Shown: piece after piece, positions 10,301-19,089 of the stretch
How positions within the stretch are numbered: position 1 is the stretch's first letter
How the letters are laid out: every line of letters begins with the position of its first letter
Assembly (NCBI GenBank): GCA_017434025.1
Contig: JAFRGC010000006.1
Coordinates: forward strand, 1,454 to 65,453
Length of the DNA: 64,000 nt
Source of the DNA: Mogibacterium sp.
GTDB lineage: Bacteria; Bacillota; Clostridia; Peptostreptococcales; Anaerovoracaceae
Direction: 5' to 3'
Program-made: the position numbers and the translations under genes
The notes under the pieces: generated by a model
Databases searched by the model: none
What the model saw: only the letters and a program-made list of their open reading frames with translations
Told to the model about the DNA's origin: nothing

Positions 10301-10455
10301 GCCCTCGCCATAGCAAGCGGAGTATCGGAGATCTCCTTGCCGTGGAAAGACTCGAACAGGATCGCCTTTTTATCTACAGGAAGATTCTTATAGTACTTCG
10401 CGTAGATGTAGCGCATCCAGTATCTCTTGTCCGTATACTTCTTAATGCTTCTCAA
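7351..10455 (-). CDS. Double-domain CDP-glycerol/ribitol glycerophosphotransferase family protein (two TagF/TarF-like Glyphos_transf domains fused)
   Basis: Two copies of the family signature are present: N-terminal LITDYSSIFFDYSITGKPIILFTYDYDNY and C-terminal LITDYSSVCWDVYYMGKPVVFYQFDYDMY. Each is preceded by an HP-containing segment. The start is probably the TTG at 10455 (AGGGAG Shine-Dalgarno), overlapping the YfhO stop. Confidence 0.8.
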   Translation of the reverse strand: MRSIKKYTDKRYWMRYIYAKYYKNLPVDKKAILFESFHGKEISDTPLAMARALLAMPEAADYRLYFSTTDLERDSKVIAALGLDIELVHIHSNEYAKLLATAGLLINNSSFPSYYIRREGQQYLQTWHGTPWKTLGKQMKGGIETMHNAQHNFLQASHLLFPNDFTREAIMRDYNLNELFTGKVITHGYPRNSVFCDKAKAAEVKHQCGDDGISTLAYMPTWRGADNKNISQEDQTREITAQLKVMDEALSDDQKLYVNLHPIVQSGLDLEGMKHIFKFPQGVEKYDFINSVDALITDYSSIFFDYSITGKPIILFTYDYDNYVSERGMYFGIEELPFLRVDTLEELTEVFRSGSYKDLSYEDAESYRKRFTGYDTVTAAADLMKYMISGDAGDMVVTDLSVNKDKAWHLVDCGKLATPFDVDVFAESIDPDNDLVVFHQSHISERIGKRIRDDYADAFEYIFTTESVPKTIGEALIKTKAAKKAVRQRNRKRQVGELNIASSTKYRPIRVNVESFRTSGTHTYVELSCPVSIGTIKDVILEYRSNIESITHSLTYTVQEDRDRYRIKADADLTVLKHGCVYWDMFILTEKDGAEDKYHAMLSKMQRKWLKSLFYQCDLGDYIAFPHISLFETLAFTHREKTPYDNRSTRFKEVAAYIYFRIFGRLYSKRHIWLVFEKFCSAAQDNGYYFFKYCMDNLSDAEKKNIYFVIDKNARDYEKNLKPYADHVLQFMSFRHMLYCIAARVYVGSDSRKHLYVWRPKPNLVSGRMRRKPIHFLQHGVTALKRVDSIFGADGSSPMTHITTTSDYEQRIMDEYFGYSPANAPVVGFTRWDVLEDKSTPDEKLILVMPTWRAWLEEKTDEDFLASDYFRNYMTMLQDESLDKCLKDNDVKLIFFIHPKFKDFLGKFSSSSENIELVQFGSRPLNEIMMHCSMLITDYSSVCWDVYYMGKPVVFYQFDYDMYMENHGSYLDMEHDLFGERYTELPDVIESIKRNIADGFTESERAREMRPKYFKYIDNDNSKRTYEYLKKKGY

Positions 10456-13189
10456 TGTAATCGCTCCCTGTCTTTAAGCTCTGATTCTGCTTTCTCTTCC
10501 TGCTCCTGGATATACCGTCGATGATGCTGATGATCAGGATCAGTGCCAGTCCTGCGATCGAGATGCCCGCAGCCACTTTCCTGTTATGGTAGTCATATCT
10601 GAGCTCAACTTCATGGTGTCCCTTGGTCACTGGGGTCGCAAGGAACGCGTAGTTCGCATTGTGGATCTCTGCAGCAGGGAGTCCGTCGATATAGATGTCC
10701 CAGTTGCCGTAGACCGGCAGCGAGAGGAACAGATATCCGTCATCTGCCGCATCGATATATCCGGACACTTTGGATGAAGTCCTGTCAGTCACCTTATAGG
10801 TGCTGGTGCATCTCTCCTGTGCGAACTTATCGAAGTTCTCTACGCTCATGCCTGACACGTACAGCTTGTCAAACTCATAAATGCCCGGCTGGGAGAACTT
10901 GATATTGAGATTGCCTGTATAGTGATCGTAGTAACCCATGTTGAGGTCGTAATCTACGATGCCCTTGATCGTCTGGTTGTTCTTCTTGTTGCTGGCTTCT
11001 GCAGTCAGCTTGCCGCTGGCGCATTTGACCTTGAAATCGCCTATGTCTGCTCCGTTGCTGTTGAGTCTGCGCAGGTTGTCGAAGGAAACGATCATCTGGC
11101 AGTTCTCCACGTTGTTGACATGAAGTGAGAGCTTAGCCTTCTCTACGTCAGCAACGATCCTGTTGCCTTCTATGGTAAGTCCCTCCGTACCGACGATCTC
11201 GTAATCGACGTTGTCGATGTCGAATTCGAGATCCTTCGCCTTGACCTCTCTCTCCGGATCCAATGCCGCGAGATCTGCGTCAGGAATGACGACCGCCTGG
11301 AGCAGTGCCTGTTCTCTCTCAAGTCTCGACAAAGTGAGGAATTCACTCTCGGACATGTAATTGGTATATTCGAATCCGAGGCCAGGCGCGTAACGGCTCC
11401 TGAAAACGTTGACGCCGTCAAGGGTGTCATAGTATTCGAACGGATATCCGGCAAACGCGTCAGCTCCCAGTCTGTCGTTCTTGGTGTCATCTCCGAGGAA
11501 GTACTTGACGCCGTACAGGAAGTCCAGTCCCATACGGTTGCCGTTTGACTGCATGTAGACACGCTTGGAGTAACCGAGATTGTTGCCTACGAGCTTGTTG
11601 AACTCTAGCAGCCTTCCCGGGATCGTGGACTCGTACAGATAGATCGTATCGTTCTGCCACCACAGGTTCTCATTGACAGGCTGATCTGCATTGAGATGTA
11701 TATTGAGCCAGTCAACCTGGTCTATCCTGTAGAAATCATCGTCTTCGATCATCGTGCCGGCACGCTGTGTCGATGCCTCCAGCTGGTCGTTGATCTCTCC
11801 GTTCTCGAAGTAGTAGTCTGTTTCATTGTAGAACGATGCTGTCCAGCAGAGTGTCAGTGTTCCGATGACAGACATCACGATGAGGAACTGTCTTGCGCGG
11901 AGAGATGTGATCACTTTGCGTCCGAGCGCAACGATGATGATCATCACAAATCCTGCCGCGAGATTGCCTCCCACGAACGCGAGTGACTTCTTGCTGAGAT
12001 CATCGGTGATATCCAGATAGCAGAATCCCAGTGTGGTCATGACGAGCACCGCCCACCACAGCAGCATGATCAAAATATTGTGAGTCTTGCTCAGCTCATC
12101 GAGATCCATGTGCTCAGCGGCGCACCATGTGACGAAGAATACCAGGATGAAGAACCATCTGTTGGTAGCATACAGGAAACCGTTGAACATCGACGAGCAG
12201 AAAGGCGACATGCTCATGAACACGAGCAGAAGCGCCATGATCGTATGGGTCGCCTTGATCGTCGGTTTGCCCTTGACCGTCACTGCTGTCAGCAACGCGA
12301 AGATCGGTATGCCTATATACCCATAGGAGAACCGGTAGCCTTTGGATACCAGTGTCATACCTTCCGTAAGAACCGTCCATCTGCTAGGCAGGAACTGAGG
12401 CAGTACCGAGCTGGCACTGATCGTCGCTCCGGTGACAGACTGGACCGATACGAGGAAGAAGAATGCGGATACCATGATCCCGGCAATTCCGAAGAGGATG
12501 AATTTGCCGAGATATGCGGCATAGCCGCCGATCGAAAATTTGTAGTATTTGAAATATCTGAAGATGATATAGATGATGATGCCGATCGCCGTCATATATG
12601 CCAGATAGTAATTCATCGCGACGATGAGCCCTACCATCAGCATGAAGAAGAACGGAGACCGCCCCTTGCAGATCCTGTCTACTGACATTGCCAGCAGCGG
12701 GAACAGCAGGAACATGATCGTATAATGTCCCTGGACCAGAGCAAGGTTGATCGTCCATGTCGCCGAAACATAGCAGAGCGATCCAAGCAGGGCCTGGTAG
12801 TTGCTGAGCTCGACTTCCTTGCAGAACAGGATAAATGCTATCCCGGCAAAATACAGGCGCAGCAGGGTAGCTACCGAATATCCGAGCTCCATGCTGCCCG
12901 CCGGAAACAGTGCGGCGATATACATGAATGGATCGATATTCAGCTTCAGCTCTGAGCCAGTTCCCCGGTACCAGGACCACAGAGGCATTCCGTGTCCGGC
13001 GGCAATGCTGTCCAGTTCATGCTTGATCTCAGCGATCCAGAAATATCCCTGGTCATATGCGTCCGCATGATTGACGAGTGTCCTATGCTGAATAATGAAC
13101 AACAGGAAAATACCCGCCATCATCAGGCAGAACAGGAATGTATATGTCACCAGTGTGGTGAAAGTATTTTTCAATGGTCGTATTTTCAT
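10442..13189 (-). CDS. YfhO-family polytopic membrane glycosyltransferase (GT-C-like)
   Basis: The 915-aa protein has a roughly 450-aa multi-TM N-terminal half, a large extracytoplasmic domain and a final C-terminal TM. This architecture and size match YfhO proteins. Confidence 0.7.
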   Translation of the reverse strand: MKIRPLKNTFTTLVTYTFLFCLMMAGIFLLFIIQHRTLVNHADAYDQGYFWIAEIKHELDSIAAGHGMPLWSWYRGTGSELKLNIDPFMYIAALFPAGSMELGYSVATLLRLYFAGIAFILFCKEVELSNYQALLGSLCYVSATWTINLALVQGHYTIMFLLFPLLAMSVDRICKGRSPFFFMLMVGLIVAMNYYLAYMTAIGIIIYIIFRYFKYYKFSIGGYAAYLGKFILFGIAGIMVSAFFFLVSVQSVTGATISASSVLPQFLPSRWTVLTEGMTLVSKGYRFSYGYIGIPIFALLTAVTVKGKPTIKATHTIMALLLVFMSMSPFCSSMFNGFLYATNRWFFILVFFVTWCAAEHMDLDELSKTHNILIMLLWWAVLVMTTLGFCYLDITDDLSKKSLAFVGGNLAAGFVMIIIVALGRKVITSLRARQFLIVMSVIGTLTLCWTASFYNETDYYFENGEINDQLEASTQRAGTMIEDDDFYRIDQVDWLNIHLNADQPVNENLWWQNDTIYLYESTIPGRLLEFNKLVGNNLGYSKRVYMQSNGNRMGLDFLYGVKYFLGDDTKNDRLGADAFAGYPFEYYDTLDGVNVFRSRYAPGLGFEYTNYMSESEFLTLSRLEREQALLQAVVIPDADLAALDPEREVKAKDLEFDIDNVDYEIVGTEGLTIEGNRIVADVEKAKLSLHVNNVENCQMIVSFDNLRRLNSNGADIGDFKVKCASGKLTAEASNKKNNQTIKGIVDYDLNMGYYDHYTGNLNIKFSQPGIYEFDKLYVSGMSVENFDKFAQERCTSTYKVTDRTSSKVSGYIDAADDGYLFLSLPVYGNWDIYIDGLPAAEIHNANYAFLATPVTKGHHEVELRYDYHNRKVAAGISIAGLALILIISIIDGISRSRKRKQNQSLKTGSDYIEKH

Positions 13190-13201
13190 AGCAATATTCT
13201 A

Positions 13202-14749
13202 TCAGAGACCTGCTGCAATGTCTCCAATATTTATTCTTGTCTTCCATATATAGTCGACTTTGGAGGTGTTGTTGGCCAGTATCTCCAGATATCCCTCGTC
13301 ATCGACTATGCAGCTTTCCACTTCACTCAGATCACAGGCTAGCGAGCCCAGATAGTTGCCGTTGATCATATCGTACAGATCGATGTAATTCGTGCCGTGC
13401 TTGGAGCTGCCTGAGAGACATCTCATCATGATCCCTGCATGCCCGCCGCAGTCCTGCGTATAAGTCGAAACACTGTGACTCACCACGCCTACCGTGTTCT
13501 GCACTGTGTAGTCATCGTCACTGCCGTCGCAGGTATAGGCGACCATCGCCGTCCTGGATGATGTGTACAGCATCTTCCTGGCCCGGTCATAGGCAATTCC
13601 GGACGCACCATACGGAAGCGTGATCAATCCGTACTCTCCGGTCTCCGGTGAATATGTCACGCATCTGCCAGTCCATCCTCTGACGCAGTAGCACAAACCG
13701 GTGCTTTCCGCGTAGCAGAATCCGTTCGGATGACCAAGGTCGATCGACGGAACGCTGACGTCGCGGCCGGATCCCTCTGTGTCGAAAGAGATGATCCTCT
13801 GCGATCCGGCATCCCCATAGGCTACGTAATACTTGTCTCCGGAATATCCTACTCCCTGCGGAACATGGATGCTGCCTTCTCCGGCGATCGCTTCGACCGC
13901 CTCGCAGTTATCCGGACTCAGATTGTAGATGATATACGCGGATGCTCCTCCGGCACTGACAGGAGTAGACGCGATGACCTCTATATCCATCTGTGTCTCA
14001 TCCGGCATGTAGTCAGCAGTTTCCTTCGCCTTGATGGTTATTGTCGCGGTGCCCTCGCCCTTGACCTTGACCTGTCCGCTGGATTTGTTGACAGAGACCA
14101 CTTTAGGATCACTCGATTCATACGACAGCTTGGTCTCCGCCTTAGCATCCAGCTTGAACGGCTTGCTGGAGGTGAGTTTCGTCATGTGATCTCTTACTTC
14201 GATCGTCTGCGTACCCTTGGTGCTGAAGGTTTTGCCCTTGGTCTCGAAGCCCTCACGTTCTGTGCTGTCGGCCCGTACCACGAAAACATACTCGGTTCCC
14301 TCGTCAAGGTCGCTGACTTCGGCGGATGCTTTGCCGCCATCCGTACGCTGACTGCCGTCACCATCCTCTTCAACGACGTGTGGAGCCAGTTCCAGTTTGG
14401 TCCAGTCGGCGTATTCCTTGCCAAACTTCTTGTAGTAGAGTACGTACGTGTCCGTATTCCGCGCCTCTTCCCACTGCAAGGTGATGCTGTCGTCAGTCCT
14501 CTCAACAGCCCGGAGCGTTGAAGCTTCAATGATCCCCGGACGTTCCCGGTAATCTCTGTAGAGGAACACGCCGGTCACGAGGATCATAATGACAAGCATC
14601 ACAGACATAATACGCAGCTGCTTGAGTCTCTGCTGTCTCGTCAGCCTGCGGATCCTGCTCTTCCGCTTACCTACAAAAGCCCCTGACTGAGTTGCGGGGG
14701 CTTCTGTCTGGCTGGTGTTATTCTGTTGTTCTGCAGTATTCTTATCCAA
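13202..14749 (-). CDS. Type II membrane-anchored protein with FN3-like, Big_2 and beta-propeller-like domains (paralog of the 4122-5906 C-domain)
   Basis: A basic cytoplasmic N-terminus is followed by one TM (MSVMLVIMILVTGVFLY). It carries an FN3-like ITLQWEEARNTDTYVLYY and a Big_2 signature SSDPKVVSVNKSSGQVKVKGEGTATITIKA. The only in-frame start near the ORF top is a TTG at 14749, so the start is uncertain. Confidence 0.6.
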   Translation of the reverse strand: MDKNTAEQQNNTSQTEAPATQSGAFVGKRKSRIRRLTRQQRLKQLRIMSVMLVIMILVTGVFLYRDYRERPGIIEASTLRAVERTDDSITLQWEEARNTDTYVLYYKKFGKEYADWTKLELAPHVVEEDGDGSQRTDGGKASAEVSDLDEGTEYVFVVRADSTEREGFETKGKTFSTKGTQTIEVRDHMTKLTSSKPFKLDAKAETKLSYESSDPKVVSVNKSSGQVKVKGEGTATITIKAKETADYMPDETQMDIEVIASTPVSAGGASAYIIYNLSPDNCEAVEAIAGEGSIHVPQGVGYSGDKYYVAYGDAGSQRIISFDTEGSGRDVSVPSIDLGHPNGFCYAESTGLCYCVRGWTGRCVTYSPETGEYGLITLPYGASGIAYDRARKMLYTSSRTAMVAYTCDGSDDDYTVQNTVGVVSHSVSTYTQDCGGHAGIMMRCLSGSSKHGTNYIDLYDMINGNYLGSLACDLSEVESCIVDDEGYLEILANNTSKVDYIWKTRINIGDIAAGL

Positions 14750-14757
14750 TATATGCT

Positions 14758-15888
14758 CTATTTCGAATAGAACTCTTTGATCTTATCGCAGACGTACTCG
14801 ACTTCATCAAGCTGAAGTCCATAGTACATCGGCATTCTCAGAAGTCTTTCGAATGTGTTCGTAGTGTATCTGTCCTCTCCGTGGAATCTGCCGAACTTCT
14901 GTCCTGCAGGCGCGCTGTGGAGCGGAACATAGTGGAATGCGCTTCCGATGCCGTTATCCTTGAGGAATTTGCTCAGTGCGGTCCTCTCGTCGATGCCCGC
15001 TGTCTTGACATAGAACATATGGGAATTGTGCTTGCATTCCTCCGGTACGACCGGCAGCTCGATCTTTCCCTCTTCAGCGAGCGGAGTCAGCAGTTCATAA
15101 TACGCATCCCAACTTGCTCTTCTGTTCTGATTGATCATATCGGCATCCTCCAGCTGTGCGTAGAGATATGCCGCGTTGATATCACTCGGAAGATAGGAGG
15201 AGCCCATATCCACCCATGTGTATTTGTCGATCATGCCCTTGAGGAATCTGCTCCTGTCGGTGCCCTTCTCTCTGATGATCTCTGCCTTGTCGACGTTCTC
15301 CTCATCTCTGATGAGCAGCGCGCCGCCTTCGCCCATGCTGTAGTTCTTGGTCTCGTGGAAGCTGTAGCAGCCAAAATCTCCGATGCTGCCCAGTCCTCTG
15401 CCTTTGTATTCCGACATGACACCCTGCGCCGCATCTTCAACAACCATCAGACCGTGCCTCTTCGCGATGTCCATGATGGTGTCCATCTCGCATCCGACAC
15501 CTGCGTAGTGAACCGGAGCGATGACTTTGGTCTTATCGGTGATCGCATCTTCGATCAGTTTCTCGTCGATATTCTGCGTATCCGGGCGGATATCCACGAA
15601 CACGAGCGATGCACCTCTCAGGACAAAAGCATTTGCGGTCGATACGAAGGTATACGACGGCAGGATGACCTCATCGCCAGGGCCGACGCCAGTGAGGATC
15701 GCCGCCATATCGAGAGCTGTCGAGCCGGATGTGACCAGCAAGGCTTTCGACACGCCGGTCTTCTCCTCGATCCACGCGTGACATTTCTTGCTGAATTCAC
15801 CATCGCCGCAGATCTTCTTGTTGGCGATTGCCTGGGTTATATATTCCTGTTCCCTGCCGAGGAACGGCGGTCTGTTGAACGGTATCAT
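14758..15888 (-). CDS. wecE: dTDP-4-amino-4,6-dideoxygalactose (Fuc4N) transaminase, DegT/WecE family
   Basis: From MIPFNRPP onward the sequence tracks E. coli WecE as I recall it (EVILPSYTFVSTANAFVLRGA, VHYAGV.CEMD, FHETKNY, DKYTW.D.GSSY). AAGGAGA lies 7 nt upstream of the ATG at 15888. Confidence 0.8.
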   Translation of the reverse strand: MIPFNRPPFLGREQEYITQAIANKKICGDGEFSKKCHAWIEEKTGVSKALLVTSGSTALDMAAILTGVGPGDEVILPSYTFVSTANAFVLRGASLVFVDIRPDTQNIDEKLIEDAITDKTKVIAPVHYAGVGCEMDTIMDIAKRHGLMVVEDAAQGVMSEYKGRGLGSIGDFGCYSFHETKNYSMGEGGALLIRDEENVDKAEIIREKGTDRSRFLKGMIDKYTWVDMGSSYLPSDINAAYLYAQLEDADMINQNRRASWDAYYELLTPLAEEGKIELPVVPEECKHNSHMFYVKTAGIDERTALSKFLKDNGIGSAFHYVPLHSAPAGQKFGRFHGEDRYTTNTFERLLRMPMYYGLQLDEVEYVCDKIKEFYSK

Positions 15889-15945
15889 ATTCATTCTCCT
15901 TATTAAAACTATCCCTGACCCTTGCTGCAGATCTGTAAGATCTGT

Positions 15946-16965
15946 TTATCTGTTGCCATACATCTTCTCGTAGTACTGCTGGTATTCACCGCTTACGATG
16001 TTCTTCCACCAGGACTCATTGTCGAGATACCACTGGATGGTCTTGCGGATGCCGTCTTCGAACTTCGTCTCAGGCAGCCAGCCGAGTTCCTCGTGGATCT
16101 TGGTAGGATCGATCGCGTATCTCTGGTCGTGGCCCTTGCGGTCCGTGACATATGTGATCAGGCTCTCAGGTTTGCCCAGCTGAGCCAGAATGATCTTGAC
16201 GACTTCGATATTGGCTTTCTCGTTGTGGCCGCCGATGTTGTAGACTTCGCCAACTCTGCCGTTGTGGATCACCAGATCGATCGCTCTGCAGTGATCTTCG
16301 ACATAGAGCCAGTCTCTTACGTTAAGGCCTTCACCGTAAACAGGGAGCGGCTTATCTGCTGTCGCGTTGGCGATCATCAGCGGGATGAGCTTCTCCGGGA
16401 ACTGGTAAGGGCCGTAGTTGTTGGAACATCTGCTAATGGTGACCGGCAGGCCGTAAGTCCTGTGGTAAGCCATAACGAGCAGGTCTGCCGAAGCTTTGGA
16501 AGCAGAGTACGGACTCGATGCGGTCAGCGGCATCGTTTCAACGAAGAACAGGTCCGGTCTGTCAAGCGGCAGATCACCATAAACTTCGTCCGTACCGACC
16601 TGGTGGAATCTCTTCACGCCGTACTTGATCGATGCGTCCATCAGCACCTGTGTGCCGAGTATATTTGTCCTGAGGAAGATCCCCGGATCCTCTATGGAAC
16701 GGTCGACATGCGATTCCGCCGCGAAGTTGACGACGATGTCGAATTTCTCCTGCGCGAAAAGCTCATCGATGGCCTTTGCGTCAGTGATGTCGATCTTCAC
16801 GAACTTGAAGTGCGGATCGTCCATTACCGGAGCCAGAGTCTCAAGATTGCCCGCATATGTCAGGGAGTCGAGACCGACGATATCATAATCAGGGTGTGCG
16901 TCCAGCATGTGGAAAACGAAGTTGCTGCCGATGAATCCAGCAGCTCCGGTTACAAGAATCTTCAT
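15946..16965 (-). CDS. rfbB: dTDP-glucose 4,6-dehydratase
   Basis: [16 protein letters not shown] Rossmann motif, [11 protein letters not shown] (YxxxK) and a typical RmlB C-terminus. GAGAGGAGA lies upstream of the ATG at 16965; the ORF track extends 18 codons further. Confidence 0.9.
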   Translation of the reverse strand: MKILVTGAAGFIGSNFVFHMLDAHPDYDIVGLDSLTYAGNLETLAPVMDDPHFKFVKIDITDAKAIDELFAQEKFDIVVNFAAESHVDRSIEDPGIFLRTNILGTQVLMDASIKYGVKRFHQVGTDEVYGDLPLDRPDLFFVETMPLTASSPYSASKASADLLVMAYHRTYGLPVTISRCSNNYGPYQFPEKLIPLMIANATADKPLPVYGEGLNVRDWLYVEDHCRAIDLVIHNGRVGEVYNIGGHNEKANIEVVKIILAQLGKPESLITYVTDRKGHDQRYAIDPTKIHEELGWLPETKFEDGIRKTIQWYLDNESWWKNIVSGEYQQYYEKMYGNR

Positions 16966-17154
16966 GGAATTCTCCTCTCGTGTTTTACAAAAAGTATTCA
17001 ATATATTATACTTAATCATGCGCTATAATTCAATGAATATGCGGTTGCGGACGCCCGGAACGGACTCCATTAACAGATGCAACACCCGGGCCCTGCAGCG
17101 ACACTTATATATGAACAGATCCTACAATATCTGTTGGAAAGGAGGCGGTACGCC

Positions 17155-17715
17155 ATGAAGAAAATACTTTCGATCCTGTCGATGATCATGATCCTGCTGC
17201 TGGCTGTAATGAGTTTCACAGCATGTTCAGGCGGTCTGGGCGGAGATGCCGACAAGGATACTGATGCGGACCAAACCGCAACCGAAGAGGTTGCTGAGGA
17301 TATCGAAGAAGAGGCTGAATTAGTCGATGATCTTGTGGATCTCGACGAGGAATACGGTGACGTTTCCTACGAAGACGAGGCGGAAGACGGCGAGATAGAG
17401 AAGGTCAAGACCGATATTTCCAAATTCGTCGGTACCTGGGAAGCGAAATCTGCCAAAGCGAAATACCTCTACGGCAACGTCGACTTAACGGTCAACGCGA
17501 ACGGCACATGGACTGCCGATATCACCGGGGAACAGCTCGGCGGCAAATGGTACGACAAGGGTGACTATCTGTGGCTGGAGGACAGCAACGAGATCTTCAG
17601 TTTCGGAATCGCTTACAATAAGTCTGGCAATCTGATCATGATGGAACAGGTCGATGATGAAGGTGTCAGCAGTGATGACGGCGAGTATATCAACTCTGTA
17701 CTTACCCGCAAATAA
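17155..17715 (+). CDS. Small lipoprotein with acidic linker, function unknown
   Basis: GGAAAGGAGG Shine-Dalgarno, then MKKILSILSMIMILLLAVMSFTAC with a lipobox-like FTAC. An Asp/Glu-rich stretch follows. It is one of only three plus-strand genes. Confidence 0.65.
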   Translation: MKKILSILSMIMILLLAVMSFTACSGGLGGDADKDTDADQTATEEVAEDIEEEAELVDDLVDLDEEYGDVSYEDEAEDGEIEKVKTDISKFVGTWEAKSAKAKYLYGNVDLTVNANGTWTADITGEQLGGKWYDKGDYLWLEDSNEIFSFGIAYNKSGNLIMMEQVDDEGVSSDDGEYINSVLTRK

Positions 17716-17736
17716 CGGGATACACTAACACAGAAG

Positions 17737-17768
17737 AACCCGGGATCTGAGATCCCGGGTTTTGATTT
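17737..17768 (+). terminator. Rho-independent terminator (possibly bidirectional)
   Basis: An 11-bp perfect stem AACCCGGGATC / GATCCCGGGTT with a 3-nt loop, followed by TTTGATTTG. Confidence 0.8.
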
Positions 17769-17802
17769 GCTGTAAATAATCGTGGATGATGTTCTGCCGG
17801 TT

Positions 17803-19083
17803 TCATGCCTCGCTTAGCTGATGCTTCCTCTTGTTGATGAAGAACACGAGCACTACTGCGAAGGCTGCTGAGATCAGCGCCATCAGTATCGTATACAGGA
17901 CGGTAGCGCCTCTTATTCCGTATGCGGCAACGGTGCGGTTCGCCAGGAGCCATGCTGCAATAGCGGTTATCACGTATCCTACCATAAGGTATTTCTGTGT
18001 CCTCATTACGGTAACTACGACAGCAAAGAAGTTTACCAGGGCCAGCATGCCGCCGCCGACCATCAGAATGACGAGATCGGTCTTGTATGGAGCCAGATCA
18101 GCATTGTACAGAAGTCCGAGCACCGGGCAGCCTATTGTGAGCGCTACAGCGATCGCCAGCAGTGTCACCCCTGCGATAACGAACAGCTGCCTTACAACGA
18201 TCTTCGTGAATGCTTTGATATCGCCCTCTTCCCAGTTGTGAGCCAGATTGACCAGCACAGGGTTGAAGATGAAATTCGCGAACAATCCTACTGCGAATAC
18301 CGGCATGAATATGAAGTTGTAGCATGCCTGATCAACATCGCTCATCGTTGCATCAATGGCGTATTTCGGCGCATTGCTGACATACAGCAGCAGGAAGTAT
18401 CCCAGGAAGAGCGGCAGACATTCCACGTAGATCTTCCAGATCTTCTTCCATCTGAACGTGAACGTAAGTGAGCCGAAGTCCGGATAGACCAGGATGCTTG
18501 ACAGGAGCATTCCGATCAGCGCCAATACGAACCACACTGTCATTGAAATGACCATGTCGTGAGTGATGATCAGTGCGATCATGCATCCGCACATTCCCAG
18601 GATCGTTCTGAACAGATTTGTCTTGGAGGATACGTCAAGACGGCCCACCTGCTGGAATCTGCCGAAGAACACTTCTGAGTAAGCTTCTACTACTTTGAGC
18701 AGACAGATCATGAATATGATGTACGCCTTGCGTGCAGAGTATCCCTGGATGAAATACCCGCTCGCGACATACAGTATGCTCACGATCAGCATCAGGGTGC
18801 AGCTGGTGACCCTGTGGGAGTGGTAGTCGGTGAAGGTCAGCCTCTCCATGACGTCGCTGACCTGGTACTTGCGGACACCGTATTCTCCTATATAGTACAT
18901 GAGGCTTCCTACAGCGTATGCAATGGAGAAGATACCGGCATCTTCCAGCCCGACCGTATGGGTGATCACGATCAGCACGATGGCAGACTGAAGTGCAAAC
19001 ACAGTCGCGGACATCGTGTTCCAGATGTAACTGTCCCTCACCGGGTTGTCAGATTTAATAAACAGGTCCTTAAGAAATTTCAT
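17803..19083 (-). CDS. Polysaccharide/teichoic-acid flippase-like MOP (Wzx) family membrane protein
   Basis: About 426 aa with about 12 predicted TM helices and little soluble sequence. This fits Wzx-type flippases. The assignment rests on architecture and context only. Confidence 0.5.
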   Translation of the reverse strand: MKFLKDLFIKSDNPVRDSYIWNTMSATVFALQSAIVLIVITHTVGLEDAGIFSIAYAVGSLMYYIGEYGVRKYQVSDVMERLTFTDYHSHRVTSCTLMLIVSILYVASGYFIQGYSARKAYIIFMICLLKVVEAYSEVFFGRFQQVGRLDVSSKTNLFRTILGMCGCMIALIITHDMVISMTVWFVLALIGMLLSSILVYPDFGSLTFTFRWKKIWKIYVECLPLFLGYFLLLYVSNAPKYAIDATMSDVDQACYNFIFMPVFAVGLFANFIFNPVLVNLAHNWEEGDIKAFTKIVVRQLFVIAGVTLLAIAVALTIGCPVLGLLYNADLAPYKTDLVILMVGGGMLALVNFFAVVVTVMRTQKYLMVGYVITAIAAWLLANRTVAAYGIRGATVLYTILMALISAAFAVVLVFFINKRKHQLSEA

Positions 19084-19089
19084 GTCAGT

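Noticed and set aside
14692-17028. Plus-strand ORFs of 404 aa (14692-15906) and 368 aa (15922-17028)
   Set aside because: They are mirror-frame ORFs opposite wecE and rmlB, whose products match well-known enzymes almost residue by residue. They contain no recognisable motifs.
17114-17135. 7-bp inverted repeat AACAGAT-N8-ATCTGTT just upstream of the lipoprotein gene's Shine-Dalgarno sequence
   Set aside because: It is short and AT-rich, has no second copy in the window, and could arise by chance. I did not report it as a regulatory site.
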